Shown here piece by piece: positions 18,649-27,611 of a stretch of 45,299 nucleotides of DNA. Under the pieces are notes generated by a model that was given only the letters and a program-made list of their open reading frames with translations, did no database searches and was not told where the DNA came from. Location: the sequence record SRR20825010_2267, one strand, 5' to 3'. Position 1 is the first letter of the stretch; each line of letters begins with the position of its first letter. The position numbers were made by a program, and so were the translations under genes.

Positions 18649-19659
18649 ATGTTCAATTCAAAAATTACTGGTCTAGGTTACTATGTACCTAAAAATGTGG
18701 TTACCAACGATGATTTGTCGAAAATGATGGACACCAATGATGCTTGGATTCAGGAGCGGACAGGTATTCAGGAAAGAAGGCATGTGATAAAAGGTGATGG
18801 GGATACCACTACTACTATGGGGGTGAAGGCTGCAAAAATTGCTATAGAGCGCTCTGGATTAGATAAAGATGATATAGACTTTATCGTTTTTGCCACCTTG
18901 AGTCCCGATTATTATTTTCCTGGTCCAGGGGTCTTGGTACAAAGGGATTTGGATATAAAGACGGTTGGTGCCTTGGATGTACGTAACCAATGTTCCGGCT
19001 TTATATATGCCTTGTCCGTTGCAGATCAATTTATAAAAACAGGGATGTATAAAAATGTTTTGGTAATCGGATCGGAACTACATTCCCACGGACTTGATAT
19101 GACTACCAGGGGTAGGGGAGTTTCAGTTATTTTTGGTGATGGTGCCGGAGCTGCAATAGTCAGTAGGGAGGAAGATAACAAAAAAGGTATTCTTTCCACC
19201 CACCTGCATTCCGAAGGACAACACGCAGAGGAATTGTCACTTATAGCACCGGGAATGGGAAAACGCTGGGTGAATGACATTTTGGAGGATAATGATCCCA
19301 ACGATGAGTCTTATTTGCCATATATGAACGGCCCCTTTGTTTTTAAGAACGCCGTGGTCCGTTTCAGTGAAGTAATAATAGAAGGCTTAAAAGCTAATAA
19401 ATTGGAAGCTAAGGATATAAACATGTTGGTGCCCCACCAAGCTAATCTACGGATATCCCAGTATATTCAAAATAAGTTTGGTTTAGGGGATGATCAGGTG
19501 TTCAATAATATTATGAAATATGGGAATACCACGGCAGCCTCTATACCTATTGCTTTGACCGAAGCCTGGGAGCAGGGAAAAATTAAGTCTGGAGATTTGG
19601 TAGTGCTCGCCGCCTTTGGAAGCGGATTTACTTGGGGCAGCGCCATAATAAGATGGTAA
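18649..19659 (+). CDS. fabH: 3-oxoacyl-ACP synthase III
   Basis: WIQERTGI, NQCSGF, FGDGAGA, PHQAN and GNTTAAS motifs (Cys-His-Asn triad). Confidence 0.92.
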   Translation: MFNSKITGLGYYVPKNVVTNDDLSKMMDTNDAWIQERTGIQERRHVIKGDGDTTTTMGVKAAKIAIERSGLDKDDIDFIVFATLSPDYYFPGPGVLVQRDLDIKTVGALDVRNQCSGFIYALSVADQFIKTGMYKNVLVIGSELHSHGLDMTTRGRGVSVIFGDGAGAAIVSREEDNKKGILSTHLHSEGQHAEELSLIAPGMGKRWVNDILEDNDPNDESYLPYMNGPFVFKNAVVRFSEVIIEGLKANKLEAKDINMLVPHQANLRISQYIQNKFGLGDDQVFNNIMKYGNTTAASIPIALTEAWEQGKIKSGDLVVLAAFGSGFTWGSAIIRW

Positions 19660-19684
19660 GTAAAAAAGATTTATAGTGTAATAA

Positions 19685-19795
19685 AAACAAAACCCGGAAC
19701 AGATGTTCCGGGTTTCTTTCATTGATAGACTATACTAAACACTAACCATTAACTATAAATATATAGCGTTATCAATGACCAAAATTTTTATATAT
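19685..19795 (-). ncRNA. Candidate small RNA convergent with fabH
   Basis: A 9+5 bp stem-loop at 19719-19778 sits next to the terminator, with a promoter-like element near 19799-19806 on the minus strand. Confidence 0.3.
19689..19719. terminator. Intrinsic terminator, probably bidirectional
   Basis: aaaacccggaac-agat-gttccgggtttcttt after fabH, with an A-rich 5' flank. Confidence 0.85.
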
Positions 19796-20492
19796 ACCTT
19801 AAAGTACGAATAATCTATTACCTGCTTACAAGTATTAACACACTTTAACTACCATATGGTAGAGTGTTAACACTAATATTTAGGTGTCGTTCCTCCTAGG
19901 AAATAAGCCAATAAAATTTAATTGCATTGCGGCTATAGGACTGGGGGAACTATGCCTCGAGCAAAATAAAGGCTAAATATTTTATTATCAAAATATACCA
20001 CTCATAACTTTATCTTAATTTCCTGAAAAATCATTTTGAATATATTGGATCCAATGCTCTGGATAATATTTGCAAGAGCGCAAAACATAAAAAATATGTT
20101 TTGCTGGGGATATTTAACCTACTGTAAATCAATATTTAATATGTTTTTTTCTTTTATTCTATTCAAATAAGTGCATCACATCTTTAAAAATAAGGCGTTT
20201 TTATATGTGGATTTTAGGATTGAAAATTACTTGATATGGACAAAGCAGGTATGTCGATAAAAGGTTATTTGCTTCGGTAAATGGTAAGCAGTATATGGCA
20301 AGGGAATGGCATTGCATTATTAATTGGTAGGGAATGGAATTTGCTAACGTCTAATTGGCAGGGAAGATTCATAAATGTAATCCTGTGTATTGTTTTATTG
20401 TTGAACCTTTACAATATGGTTTGCTAAACGCTTGGAATTTACTTTTAGGGGAATACCTTAATATAATGGTATAAAATTGTAATTTTGTGGAT

Positions 20493-21110
20493 ATGGAATT
20501 TTCATCTAAATTATTGGAAAACGCGGTCTATGAGATGTCCCAATTACCGGGTATTGGCAAACGTACGGCGCTCAGATTGGTACTGCATCTCTTAAAGCAG
20601 CCCAAGGAGCAAACTACCAGACTGGCCAATTCGCTGGTGAATTTAAAGGACAATATCAAATTCTGTAAAAATTGCCATAATATTTCCGATGTAGAGGTTT
20701 GTGAAATTTGTTCAAACCCGCGGAGGGATGAAAGTCTTGTGTGTGTGGTGGAGGATATTAGGGATGTGATGGCCATTGAAAATACAGGTCAGTTTTTAGG
20801 GTTGTACCATGTCCTGGGCGGGAAAATTTCTCCTATGGAAGGTGTTGGGCCCCAAGATTTAACCATTTACTCTTTGGTGGACAAAGCAAAGCAAGGGAAG
20901 ATAAAAGAATTGATATTCGCCTTAAGTTCCACTATGGAGGGAGATACCACCAATTTTTACATATACAGGCAATTAGAGGGGTTGGGCGTAAAAACTTCCA
21001 CCATTGCCAGGGGTATCGCAGTAGGGGATGAACTGGAATATGCGGATGAGGTGACTTTGGGTAGGAGTATTCTCAATAGAATTCCGTTTGAAAATTCGTT
21101 AAAAGTGTAA
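20493..21110 (+). CDS. recR: Recombination mediator RecR
   Basis: [12 protein letters not shown]4 zinc finger CKNC...CEIC, YHVLGG, EGDTT and IARG motifs. Confidence 0.96.
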   Translation: MEFSSKLLENAVYEMSQLPGIGKRTALRLVLHLLKQPKEQTTRLANSLVNLKDNIKFCKNCHNISDVEVCEICSNPRRDESLVCVVEDIRDVMAIENTGQFLGLYHVLGGKISPMEGVGPQDLTIYSLVDKAKQGKIKELIFALSSTMEGDTTNFYIYRQLEGLGVKTSTIARGIAVGDELEYADEVTLGRSILNRIPFENSLKV

Positions 21111-21208
21111 TTGTCATCAGTAAAAATCATGAATAAAAGTCAAAAAAATGCTCTTTTATTTGTTATTTTTGCAAATTATTAATCATTATAAGTGTATTAA
21201 ATAGGGAT

Positions 21209-22603
21209 ATGTCAAAGTTTGAGCTAAAATTACCACAAATGGGAGAAAGTGTTGCGGAGGCTACACTTACCTCATGGCTGAAGGAAGTTGGCGATACCAT
21301 AGAAATGGATGAAGCTGTTTTTGAAATTGCCACGGATAAGGTAGATTCCGAAGTTCCCAGTGAGGTAGATGGCATTTTGGTTGAGAAATTATTCAATATA
21401 GATGATGTTGTAAAGGTGGGCCAGACCGTCGCAATTATAGAAATAAACGGAAGTAGTTATGAGTCCGATCATGATCATGACAGCCATGTTGCCACTGTAA
21501 AAGATGAAGCTCCCAACAAAGCGGCCCAGGAATTGGAGGTCGCGGTTTTGAGTGCCAAGGAAAGTACTGCCGCTCCCGTAATAGACTATAGTGGAGCTGA
21601 TAGGTTTTATTCCCCATTGGTGAAAAATATAGCGAAGCAGGAAGGAATTACCTTGGCTGAGTTGGACACCATAAGTGGTACTGGAAGTGAAGGCAGGGTG
21701 ACCAAAAATGATATTTTGGATTATGTTGCCTCGGGAAAAGCAGGTGGAGGACAACCTTTTGAGGAAAAAAAGGAGGAGGATGTAATGCCTGTGGTCAAAA
21801 AAGTAGAGCAGGTAGCCAAACCCGTTCCTAGTAATAAAGAGGAAGCTAAGCGGGAGGAGGTTAAACCGACTGTGGAGAAGGAGCAGCCCGGCAATGGGGA
21901 CGAGCATATCCCTTTGACCCGTATGGGCAAATTGATAGTTCAGCATATGACCGCAAGTGTCAATACCTCTGCCCATGTGCAAAGTTTTGTAGAGGTAGAT
22001 GTGACCAACGTAGTCAATTGGAGAAATAAAGTCAAGGATGCCTTTGAGAAAAGGGAAGGCGAGAAGCTTACTTTTACCCCCATCTTTATGGAGGCTGTGG
22101 CCAAAGCATTGAAAAAGTATCCTATGGTCAATATATCCCTGGACGGAGATACCATCATAAAGAAAAAAAATATTAATATTGGAATGGCTGCGGCCTTGGC
22201 CGATGGAAATTTGATTGTTCCGGTGATTAAAAATGCCGATCAGTTAAACCTGGTGGGCATGGCAAAGGCAGTAAACGATTTAGCCAAGAGGGCCAGGAAC
22301 AATGCGTTAAAACCGGATGAGGTAAAGGACGGCACCTATACCGTAACCAATGTTGGTACCTTTGGCAGCGTTTTTGGCACGCCAATTATCAATCAGCCCC
22401 AAGTGGGCATCTTGGCCTTGGGGGCTATACGTAAAATGCCGGCCGTAGTAGAAACCAAGGAAGGCGACTTTATTGCTATCAGGAGTAAGATGTACTTGTC
22501 CCATAGTTATGATCATAGGGTAGTGAACGGGGCCTTGGGCGGAATGTTTGTAAAGGCCGTTGCCGATTACCTGGAGGCTTGGGATGTGAATAGGGAGATT
22601 TAG
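21209..22603 (+). CDS. 2-oxoacid dehydrogenase E2 (dihydrolipoamide acyltransferase)
   Basis: Lipoyl domain ATDKVDSE, E3-binding SPLV...GTG..GRVTK.D and catalytic YDHRVVNG; -7 box TATTTTTG at 21164-21171. Confidence 0.93.
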   Translation: MSKFELKLPQMGESVAEATLTSWLKEVGDTIEMDEAVFEIATDKVDSEVPSEVDGILVEKLFNIDDVVKVGQTVAIIEINGSSYESDHDHDSHVATVKDEAPNKAAQELEVAVLSAKESTAAPVIDYSGADRFYSPLVKNIAKQEGITLAELDTISGTGSEGRVTKNDILDYVASGKAGGGQPFEEKKEEDVMPVVKKVEQVAKPVPSNKEEAKREEVKPTVEKEQPGNGDEHIPLTRMGKLIVQHMTASVNTSAHVQSFVEVDVTNVVNWRNKVKDAFEKREGEKLTFTPIFMEAVAKALKKYPMVNISLDGDTIIKKKNINIGMAAALADGNLIVPVIKNADQLNLVGMAKAVNDLAKRARNNALKPDEVKDGTYTVTNVGTFGSVFGTPIINQPQVGILALGAIRKMPAVVETKEGDFIAIRSKMYLSHSYDHRVVNGALGGMFVKAVADYLEAWDVNREI

Positions 22604-22807
22604 TAAATCTTTCCTGTTTTGTTTAGTCTTCATGAGTATTTAAGGCATCGTTTTGTTTCATGGTTAATTGGAATGGTCTGGATCTGCATTTTTAATTCGG
22701 GCAGTATTTGTGGATTTCCTAGTACCTAAATGGATTTTTTGCAATTTATGGGTCTATTTTTAGTCAATACCTCTGTAAAAACTATATTTGCATAAAGAAC
22801 CTACAAC

Positions 22808-23584
22808 ATGCAATTAAAGCTTACAAGGCCAATTTGTTTTTTCGATTTGGAGACCACAGGAACTAATGTTGCCAAAGATAGAATAGTGGAAATAGCTATT
22901 TTAAAAGTGTTTCCAAATGGAAATAAGGAGAGCAGGACATGGTTGGTTAATCCAGAAATGGAAATCCCTGCACAAGTTGTCGCTATTCATGGCATTTCTA
23001 ATGAGAAAGTGGCCAACGAACCTACATTTAAACAGCTTTCCAAGGAAATTTACAAAATGATCAAGGATAGTGATTTGGGAGGCTACAATTCGGATAGATT
23101 TGATATTCCACTTTTGGCGGAAGAGATGCTCAGGGCTGAAATAGATTTTGATATGAAAAATACCGTTTCTGTGGACGTGCAGACCATTTTTCATAAAATG
23201 GAGAAAAGAACTTTGGAGGCGGCCTATAAATTTTATTGCGATAAAAATCTCATTGATGCCCATAGTGCAGAGGCGGATACCTTGGCTACCTATGAAGTGC
23301 TATTATCACAATTGGACCGTTATCCCGAATTGGAAAACAATATTAAGAAGCTTTCGGAATTCACAACCAGAAAGCAATCGGTCGATTTTGCTGGTTTTAT
23401 TGTTTTGGATGAAGAAGGGGAGGAGATTTTCTCCTTTGGAAAGCATAAGGGCAAAAAAGTACATGCAGTTTTGGAAAATGAACCTGGTTATTTTGGCTGG
23501 ATATTGAACGCCGATTTTCCGTTATATACAAAAAAGGTTTTGACCCAAATAAAATTGAGCAAGTTGAACAACAAACTGGGCTAA
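22808..23584 (+). CDS. DEDDh 3'-5' exonuclease (DNA polymerase III epsilon-like)
   Basis: FDLETTG, YNSDRFD, AHSA.AD and C-terminal FGKHKG motifs; -7 box TATATTTG at 22783-22790. Confidence 0.9.
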   Translation: MQLKLTRPICFFDLETTGTNVAKDRIVEIAILKVFPNGNKESRTWLVNPEMEIPAQVVAIHGISNEKVANEPTFKQLSKEIYKMIKDSDLGGYNSDRFDIPLLAEEMLRAEIDFDMKNTVSVDVQTIFHKMEKRTLEAAYKFYCDKNLIDAHSAEADTLATYEVLLSQLDRYPELENNIKKLSEFTTRKQSVDFAGFIVLDEEGEEIFSFGKHKGKKVHAVLENEPGYFGWILNADFPLYTKKVLTQIKLSKLNNKLG

Positions 23585-23688
23585 GGGCTCTTGAAGAATG
23601 TGATTATTTCTTGTTGAAAGAGTTATTTTATTTAAGATACTTGCTAGATTTAAATTCCAAAGCTACTTGCTAAACATTTCTATATAAA

Positions 23689-24300
23689 ATGAAGATTATT
23701 TGTATTGGTCGCAACTATGTGGATCACATAAAGGAATTGAACAACGAGAGGCCTACAGATCCGGTTTTGTTTATTAAGCCGGACTCTGCTGTTTTGCCAA
23801 AAGAACAGGATTTCTATATACCTGAGTTTTCCAAGGACCTACACTATGAAGTGGAAGTGTTGGTGAAAATAAAAAAAGTAGGTAAGCATATAGATCCCCA
23901 GTTTTCCCATACCTATTATGATGAAATTGGTTTGGGAATCGACTTTACGGCCAGGGATCTTCAATCCCAATTGAAGGAAAAAGGACTGCCTTGGGAAAAG
24001 GCCAAGGGTTTTGATGGGTCTGCGGTAATAGGCAAATGGTTGCCAAAATCCCGTTTTAATGATGTAAATGATTTAAACTTTCAACTTAAAAAGAACAATG
24101 AGGTTGTTCAGCAAGGGAATACGAGTTTAATGCTTTGGAAGATAGATGAAATAATTTCCTATGTATCCCGTTTTTTTACGTTGAAAAAAGGAGACATTAT
24201 TTTTACAGGTACCCCAGCCGGTGTTGGTAGAATAAGTGCAAATGATTATCTTTCGGGTACTTTGGAGAATGAACAAATGTTCTCATTAAATATAAAATAG
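23689..24300 (+). CDS. Fumarylacetoacetate hydrolase family protein
   Basis: CIGRNY..H, HYEVE, D.TARDLQ, WEKAKGFD and GDIIFTGTP.GVG motifs. Confidence 0.92.
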   Translation: MKIICIGRNYVDHIKELNNERPTDPVLFIKPDSAVLPKEQDFYIPEFSKDLHYEVEVLVKIKKVGKHIDPQFSHTYYDEIGLGIDFTARDLQSQLKEKGLPWEKAKGFDGSAVIGKWLPKSRFNDVNDLNFQLKKNNEVVQQGNTSLMLWKIDEIISYVSRFFTLKKGDIIFTGTPAGVGRISANDYLSGTLENEQMFSLNIK

Positions 24301-24639
24301 ATGATTTATAGTCTGGACAAGATAAATGAAATGGCAGATGGTGATGATGAATTCATTAAATCTGTCGTTGCCGTTTTTTTGGAAGAAGTTCCCCAGGATT
24401 TGGATGAACTTGAGAAAGCATTAGGGGTTAAAAATTATGATAGTGTATATAAATTGGCGCATAAAATTAAACCTAATGTAGACTTGCTGGGCATGGAGCA
24501 AACCCGCGCAATAGCACTTCAGATAGAAACTTTGGGAAAAAAGGAAGAAAACACGGAAGAAATCGAGCGATTGGTGCCATTACTTAAAAAGGACGTAGAT
24601 CAAGTGGTTTCAGAATTGAAAAATGATTTTAAGATTTAA
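24301..24639 (+). CDS. Stand-alone Hpt (histidine phosphotransfer) domain protein
   Basis: AHKIKP..DLLG motif in a helical-bundle-sized protein. Confidence 0.82.
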   Translation: MIYSLDKINEMADGDDEFIKSVVAVFLEEVPQDLDELEKALGVKNYDSVYKLAHKIKPNVDLLGMEQTRAIALQIETLGKKEENTEEIERLVPLLKKDVDQVVSELKNDFKI

Positions 24640-25886
24640 TGTTTGCCGAAATCATAACTATTGGCGATGAGATTCTCATTGGTCAAATTATAGATACAAA
24701 TTCTGCCTTCATTGCCCAAGAACTAAATAAGATTGGGGTTTCCGTGTACCAGATATCTTCGGTACAGGATGAAAGGCTGCACATTCTGGAAGCTCTGCAG
24801 GAAGCGGAGGCTAGGGCGGACGTTATTATAATGACGGGCGGACTGGGACCAACCAAAGATGATATCACCAAACATACGCTATGTGAGTATTTCAATGATA
24901 CTTTGGTGGAAAACAAGGAAGTATTGGCCCATGTAGAGGCTATCTTTAAAAAACATCTTGGAATACCTTTGTTGGAGGTCAATAAAAATCAGGCTTTGGT
25001 ACCGTCCAAAGCAGATGTTCTCCATAATGAATATGGTACGGCACCTGGGATGTGGATAAAAAGAGAAGGAAAGGTATTTGTTTCATTGCCTGGTGTGCCT
25101 TTCGAGATGAAGAATCTAATAAATACCAAGGTACTTCCAAGAATTATACAAGAGTTTAAGCGTCCATATATTGTACATAAGACAATCATTACCTATGGTA
25201 TAGGCGAAAGTTCACTGGCGGATAGGATATCCTCTGTAGAGGACAACCTTCCCGGTATGGTGAAATTGGCCTATCTGCCAAGTCTTGGCTCGGTTAGGCT
25301 AAGGCTTTCGGCAAAAGGAAACGACAGTGAGCAGTTAAATGCCTTGGTCGATATAGAAGCTGAAAAAATTAGAAATCTCTTGGGCGACCTTGTCCTTGGT
25401 GAGGCAGGGGATGAGCCTGTAGAATCTGTAATTGCCCAATTATTGACCAAAAAGGGAATGACCTTGGGTACGGCCGAGAGTTGTACAGGTGGTAAGATAG
25501 CCGAACAGATAACTAGTATACCGGGTGCATCGGCTTATTTTAAGGGGAGTATTGTGAGTTATGCTACCGAAACCAAAATAGAGGTGCTTAAAGTGTCGAA
25601 GACGATAATTGATGAGTTTTCTGTAGTTAGTGCGGAGGTTGCCGTTGAAATGGCCACCAATTTGCGAAAAATATTAAAGACGGATTTTGCCATAGCCACC
25701 ACAGGTAACGCAGGTCCTACAAAAGGTGACTCGGATGCAGAGGTGGGGACGGTGTTTATAGCCATTGTTTCCCCTAATGCTACGGTGGTAGAAAAATATC
25801 GTATGGGAAGTCAGCGCGAAAGAATTGTGCAAAAGTCTGTAAATAAGGCTTTTGAAATGCTTCAAAAAGAAATTTTAAAATTCTGA
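24639..25886 (+). CDS. cinA: CinA family protein (MoCF-like domain fused to PncC NMN deamidase)
   Basis: IGDEIL.GQ..DTN, GGLGPTKDD, LPGVPFE, AESCTGG and TTGNAGP motifs. Confidence 0.93.
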   Translation: MFAEIITIGDEILIGQIIDTNSAFIAQELNKIGVSVYQISSVQDERLHILEALQEAEARADVIIMTGGLGPTKDDITKHTLCEYFNDTLVENKEVLAHVEAIFKKHLGIPLLEVNKNQALVPSKADVLHNEYGTAPGMWIKREGKVFVSLPGVPFEMKNLINTKVLPRIIQEFKRPYIVHKTIITYGIGESSLADRISSVEDNLPGMVKLAYLPSLGSVRLRLSAKGNDSEQLNALVDIEAEKIRNLLGDLVLGEAGDEPVESVIAQLLTKKGMTLGTAESCTGGKIAEQITSIPGASAYFKGSIVSYATETKIEVLKVSKTIIDEFSVVSAEVAVEMATNLRKILKTDFAIATTGNAGPTKGDSDAEVGTVFIAIVSPNATVVEKYRMGSQRERIVQKSVNKAFEMLQKEILKF

Positions 25887-25894
25887 CAAAGAAT

Positions 25895-25926
25895 TTTGTC
25901 CGTCCCATAAAATTAATTTAAATTTG
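25895..25926 (+). promoter_or_regulatory. Canonical Bacteroidota promoter for the rpmB operon
   Basis: TTTG (25895-25898), N20 spacer, TAAATTTG (25919-25926). Confidence 0.75.
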
Positions 25927-25958
25927 CACCCTGTTTATAACAAAATAAAAGTAGAGAG

Positions 25959-26195
25959 ATGTCAAAAGTTTGTGATGTTACTGGAAAGAGAGCCATGTTT
26001 GGGAACAATGTGTCCTTCTCGATTAATAAAACCAGAAGAAGATTTGATGTAAATCTTTCTAAAAAGCGTTTCTATATTCCAGAAGAAGATCGTTGGGTAA
26101 CCTTAAAGGTTTCCGCTAAGGCTCTAAAGAGTATTAATAAAAAAGGAATTTCCGTTGTTTTAAAGGAAGCAAAGGAAAAAGGGTTAATTAAATAA
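25959..26195 (+). CDS. rpmB: 50S ribosomal protein L28
   Basis: MSKVCDVTGK...GNNVS...KTRRRF..NL. Confidence 0.97.
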   Translation: MSKVCDVTGKRAMFGNNVSFSINKTRRRFDVNLSKKRFYIPEEDRWVTLKVSAKALKSINKKGISVVLKEAKEKGLIK

Positions 26196-26216
26196 TCCTG
26201 AAATACTAAGATAATA

Positions 26217-26399
26217 ATGGCAAAGAAAGGTAACAGAATTCAGGTTATTTTGGAATGTACAGAGCATAAGGAATCTGGCATGCCAGGTACTTCAAGGTAC
26301 ATAACCACTAAGAACAAAAAGAACACTCCAGATAGGATGGAAATTAAAAAATTCAATCCTATTCTAAAGAGAATGACAGTTCATAAAGAAATTAAATAA
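26217..26399 (+). CDS. rpmG: 50S ribosomal protein L33
   Basis: [10 protein letters not shown]...[21 protein letters not shown]...HKEIK. Confidence 0.97.
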   Translation: MAKKGNRIQVILECTEHKESGMPGTSRYITTKNKKNTPDRMEIKKFNPILKRMTVHKEIK

Positions 26400-26405
26400 T
26401 ACGTC

Positions 26406-26558
26406 ATGGCAAAGAAAACGGTAGCGAGTTTACAAACAAGTTCAAAAAGATTGACCAAGGCCATTAAAATGGTAAAGTCTCCTAAAACAGGGGCTTACAC
26501 TTTTATGGAGTCTGTAATGAGCCCAGAAATGGTAAACGACTGGTTGAAAAAAAATTAA
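26406..26558 (+). CDS. rpmL: DUF4295 protein, Bacteroidota ribosomal protein bL38 (50 aa; missing from the ORF track)
   Basis: Translates to MAKKTVASLQTSSKRLTKAIKMVKSPKTGAYTFMESVMSPEMVNDWLKKN; sits directly after rpmG and before the terminator. Confidence 0.85.
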   Translation: MAKKTVASLQTSSKRLTKAIKMVKSPKTGAYTFMESVMSPEMVNDWLKKN

Positions 26559-26579
26559 TAACCTAAATTTATTGGTTAT

Positions 26580-26610
26580 AAAGCTACTTTCTGATGAAAG
26601 TAGCTTTTTT
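26580..26610 (+). terminator. Intrinsic terminator of the rpmB-rpmG-rpmL operon
   Basis: aaagctactttc-tgat-gaaagtagctttttt. Confidence 0.85.
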
Positions 26611-26648
26611 ATTTTTATATCTTTGATGAAAAGGAACATGCCAAAAAT

Positions 26649-27611
26649 ATGAGTTTATTTAAGAAAATATTTTCCACGCAAAAAAAGGAATCTTTGGACA
26701 AGGGTCTGGAAAAGACCAAGACCAATTTTTTATCCAAACTTAGTAAGGCGGTAGTTGGAAAATCTAAGGTAGATGATGATGTTTTGGATAATTTGGAGGA
26801 AATATTGGTTTCCTCGGATGTGGGTGTAAATACCACCTTAAAGATTATAGACCGGATAGAGGCCCGTGTATCCAAGGATAAGTACTTGGGGGTAGACGAA
26901 CTTAATGCAATATTGAGGGAGGAAATTGCAGGATTGCTTTCCGAAACCAATTTTGGCAGTGAAACCGAATTTACGGTACCATTGGTGAGAAAACCTTACG
27001 TTATCATGGTGGTCGGGGTGAACGGTGTAGGTAAGACAACCACAATTGGTAAATTGGCATATCAATTTAAAAAACAAGGTTTAAAGGTAGTGCTCGGAGC
27101 GGCCGATACCTTTAGGGCAGCTGCAATAGACCAGCTTCAAGTATGGGCAGATCGGGTAGACGTGCCTATAGTAAAACAAAGTATGGGGAGTGATCCGGCC
27201 TCAGTGGCCTTTGATACCCTCAGTTCGGCCCTGAAGCAGAATGCTGATGTGGTAATTATCGACACTGCCGGAAGACTGCACAATAAGGTTAATTTGATGA
27301 ACGAATTGACCAAGGTTAAGCGGGTTATGCAAAAGGTGGTAGAGGGTACTCCGGATGAAGTTCTCCTGGTTTTGGATGGTTCTACAGGCCAGAATGCCTT
27401 TGAGCAGGCAAAACAGTTTACCAAAGCTACAGAAGTAACCTCCTTGGCAGTTACAAAATTGGATGGCACTGCTAAAGGTGGTGTTGTTATTGGTATTTCA
27501 GATCAATTCCAGATTCCTGTAAAGTATATAGGTGTAGGGGAAGGAATGGACGATTTGCAAGTCTTTAATAAGATTGAATTTGTGGATTCATTTTTTAGTG
27601 GAAAAGAATGA
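26649..27611 (+). CDS. ftsY: Signal recognition particle receptor FtsY
   Basis: GVNGVGKTTT, DTFRAAA, DTAGR and TKLDGTAKGG motifs; own -7 box TATCTTTG at 26618-26625. Confidence 0.97.
   Translation: MSLFKKIFSTQKKESLDKGLEKTKTNFLSKLSKAVVGKSKVDDDVLDNLEEILVSSDVGVNTTLKIIDRIEARVSKDKYLGVDELNAILREEIAGLLSETNFGSETEFTVPLVRKPYVIMVVGVNGVGKTTTIGKLAYQFKKQGLKVVLGAADTFRAAAIDQLQVWADRVDVPIVKQSMGSDPASVAFDTLSSALKQNADVVIIDTAGRLHNKVNLMNELTKVKRVMQKVVEGTPDEVLLVLDGSTGQNAFEQAKQFTKATEVTSLAVTKLDGTAKGGVVIGISDQFQIPVKYIGVGEGMDDLQVFNKIEFVDSFFSGKE

Noticed and set aside
19880..20290. Possible hidden gene or pseudogene in the fabH-recR gap
   Set aside because: There is no ORF of 60 aa or more and I could not recognise any protein remnant by eye.
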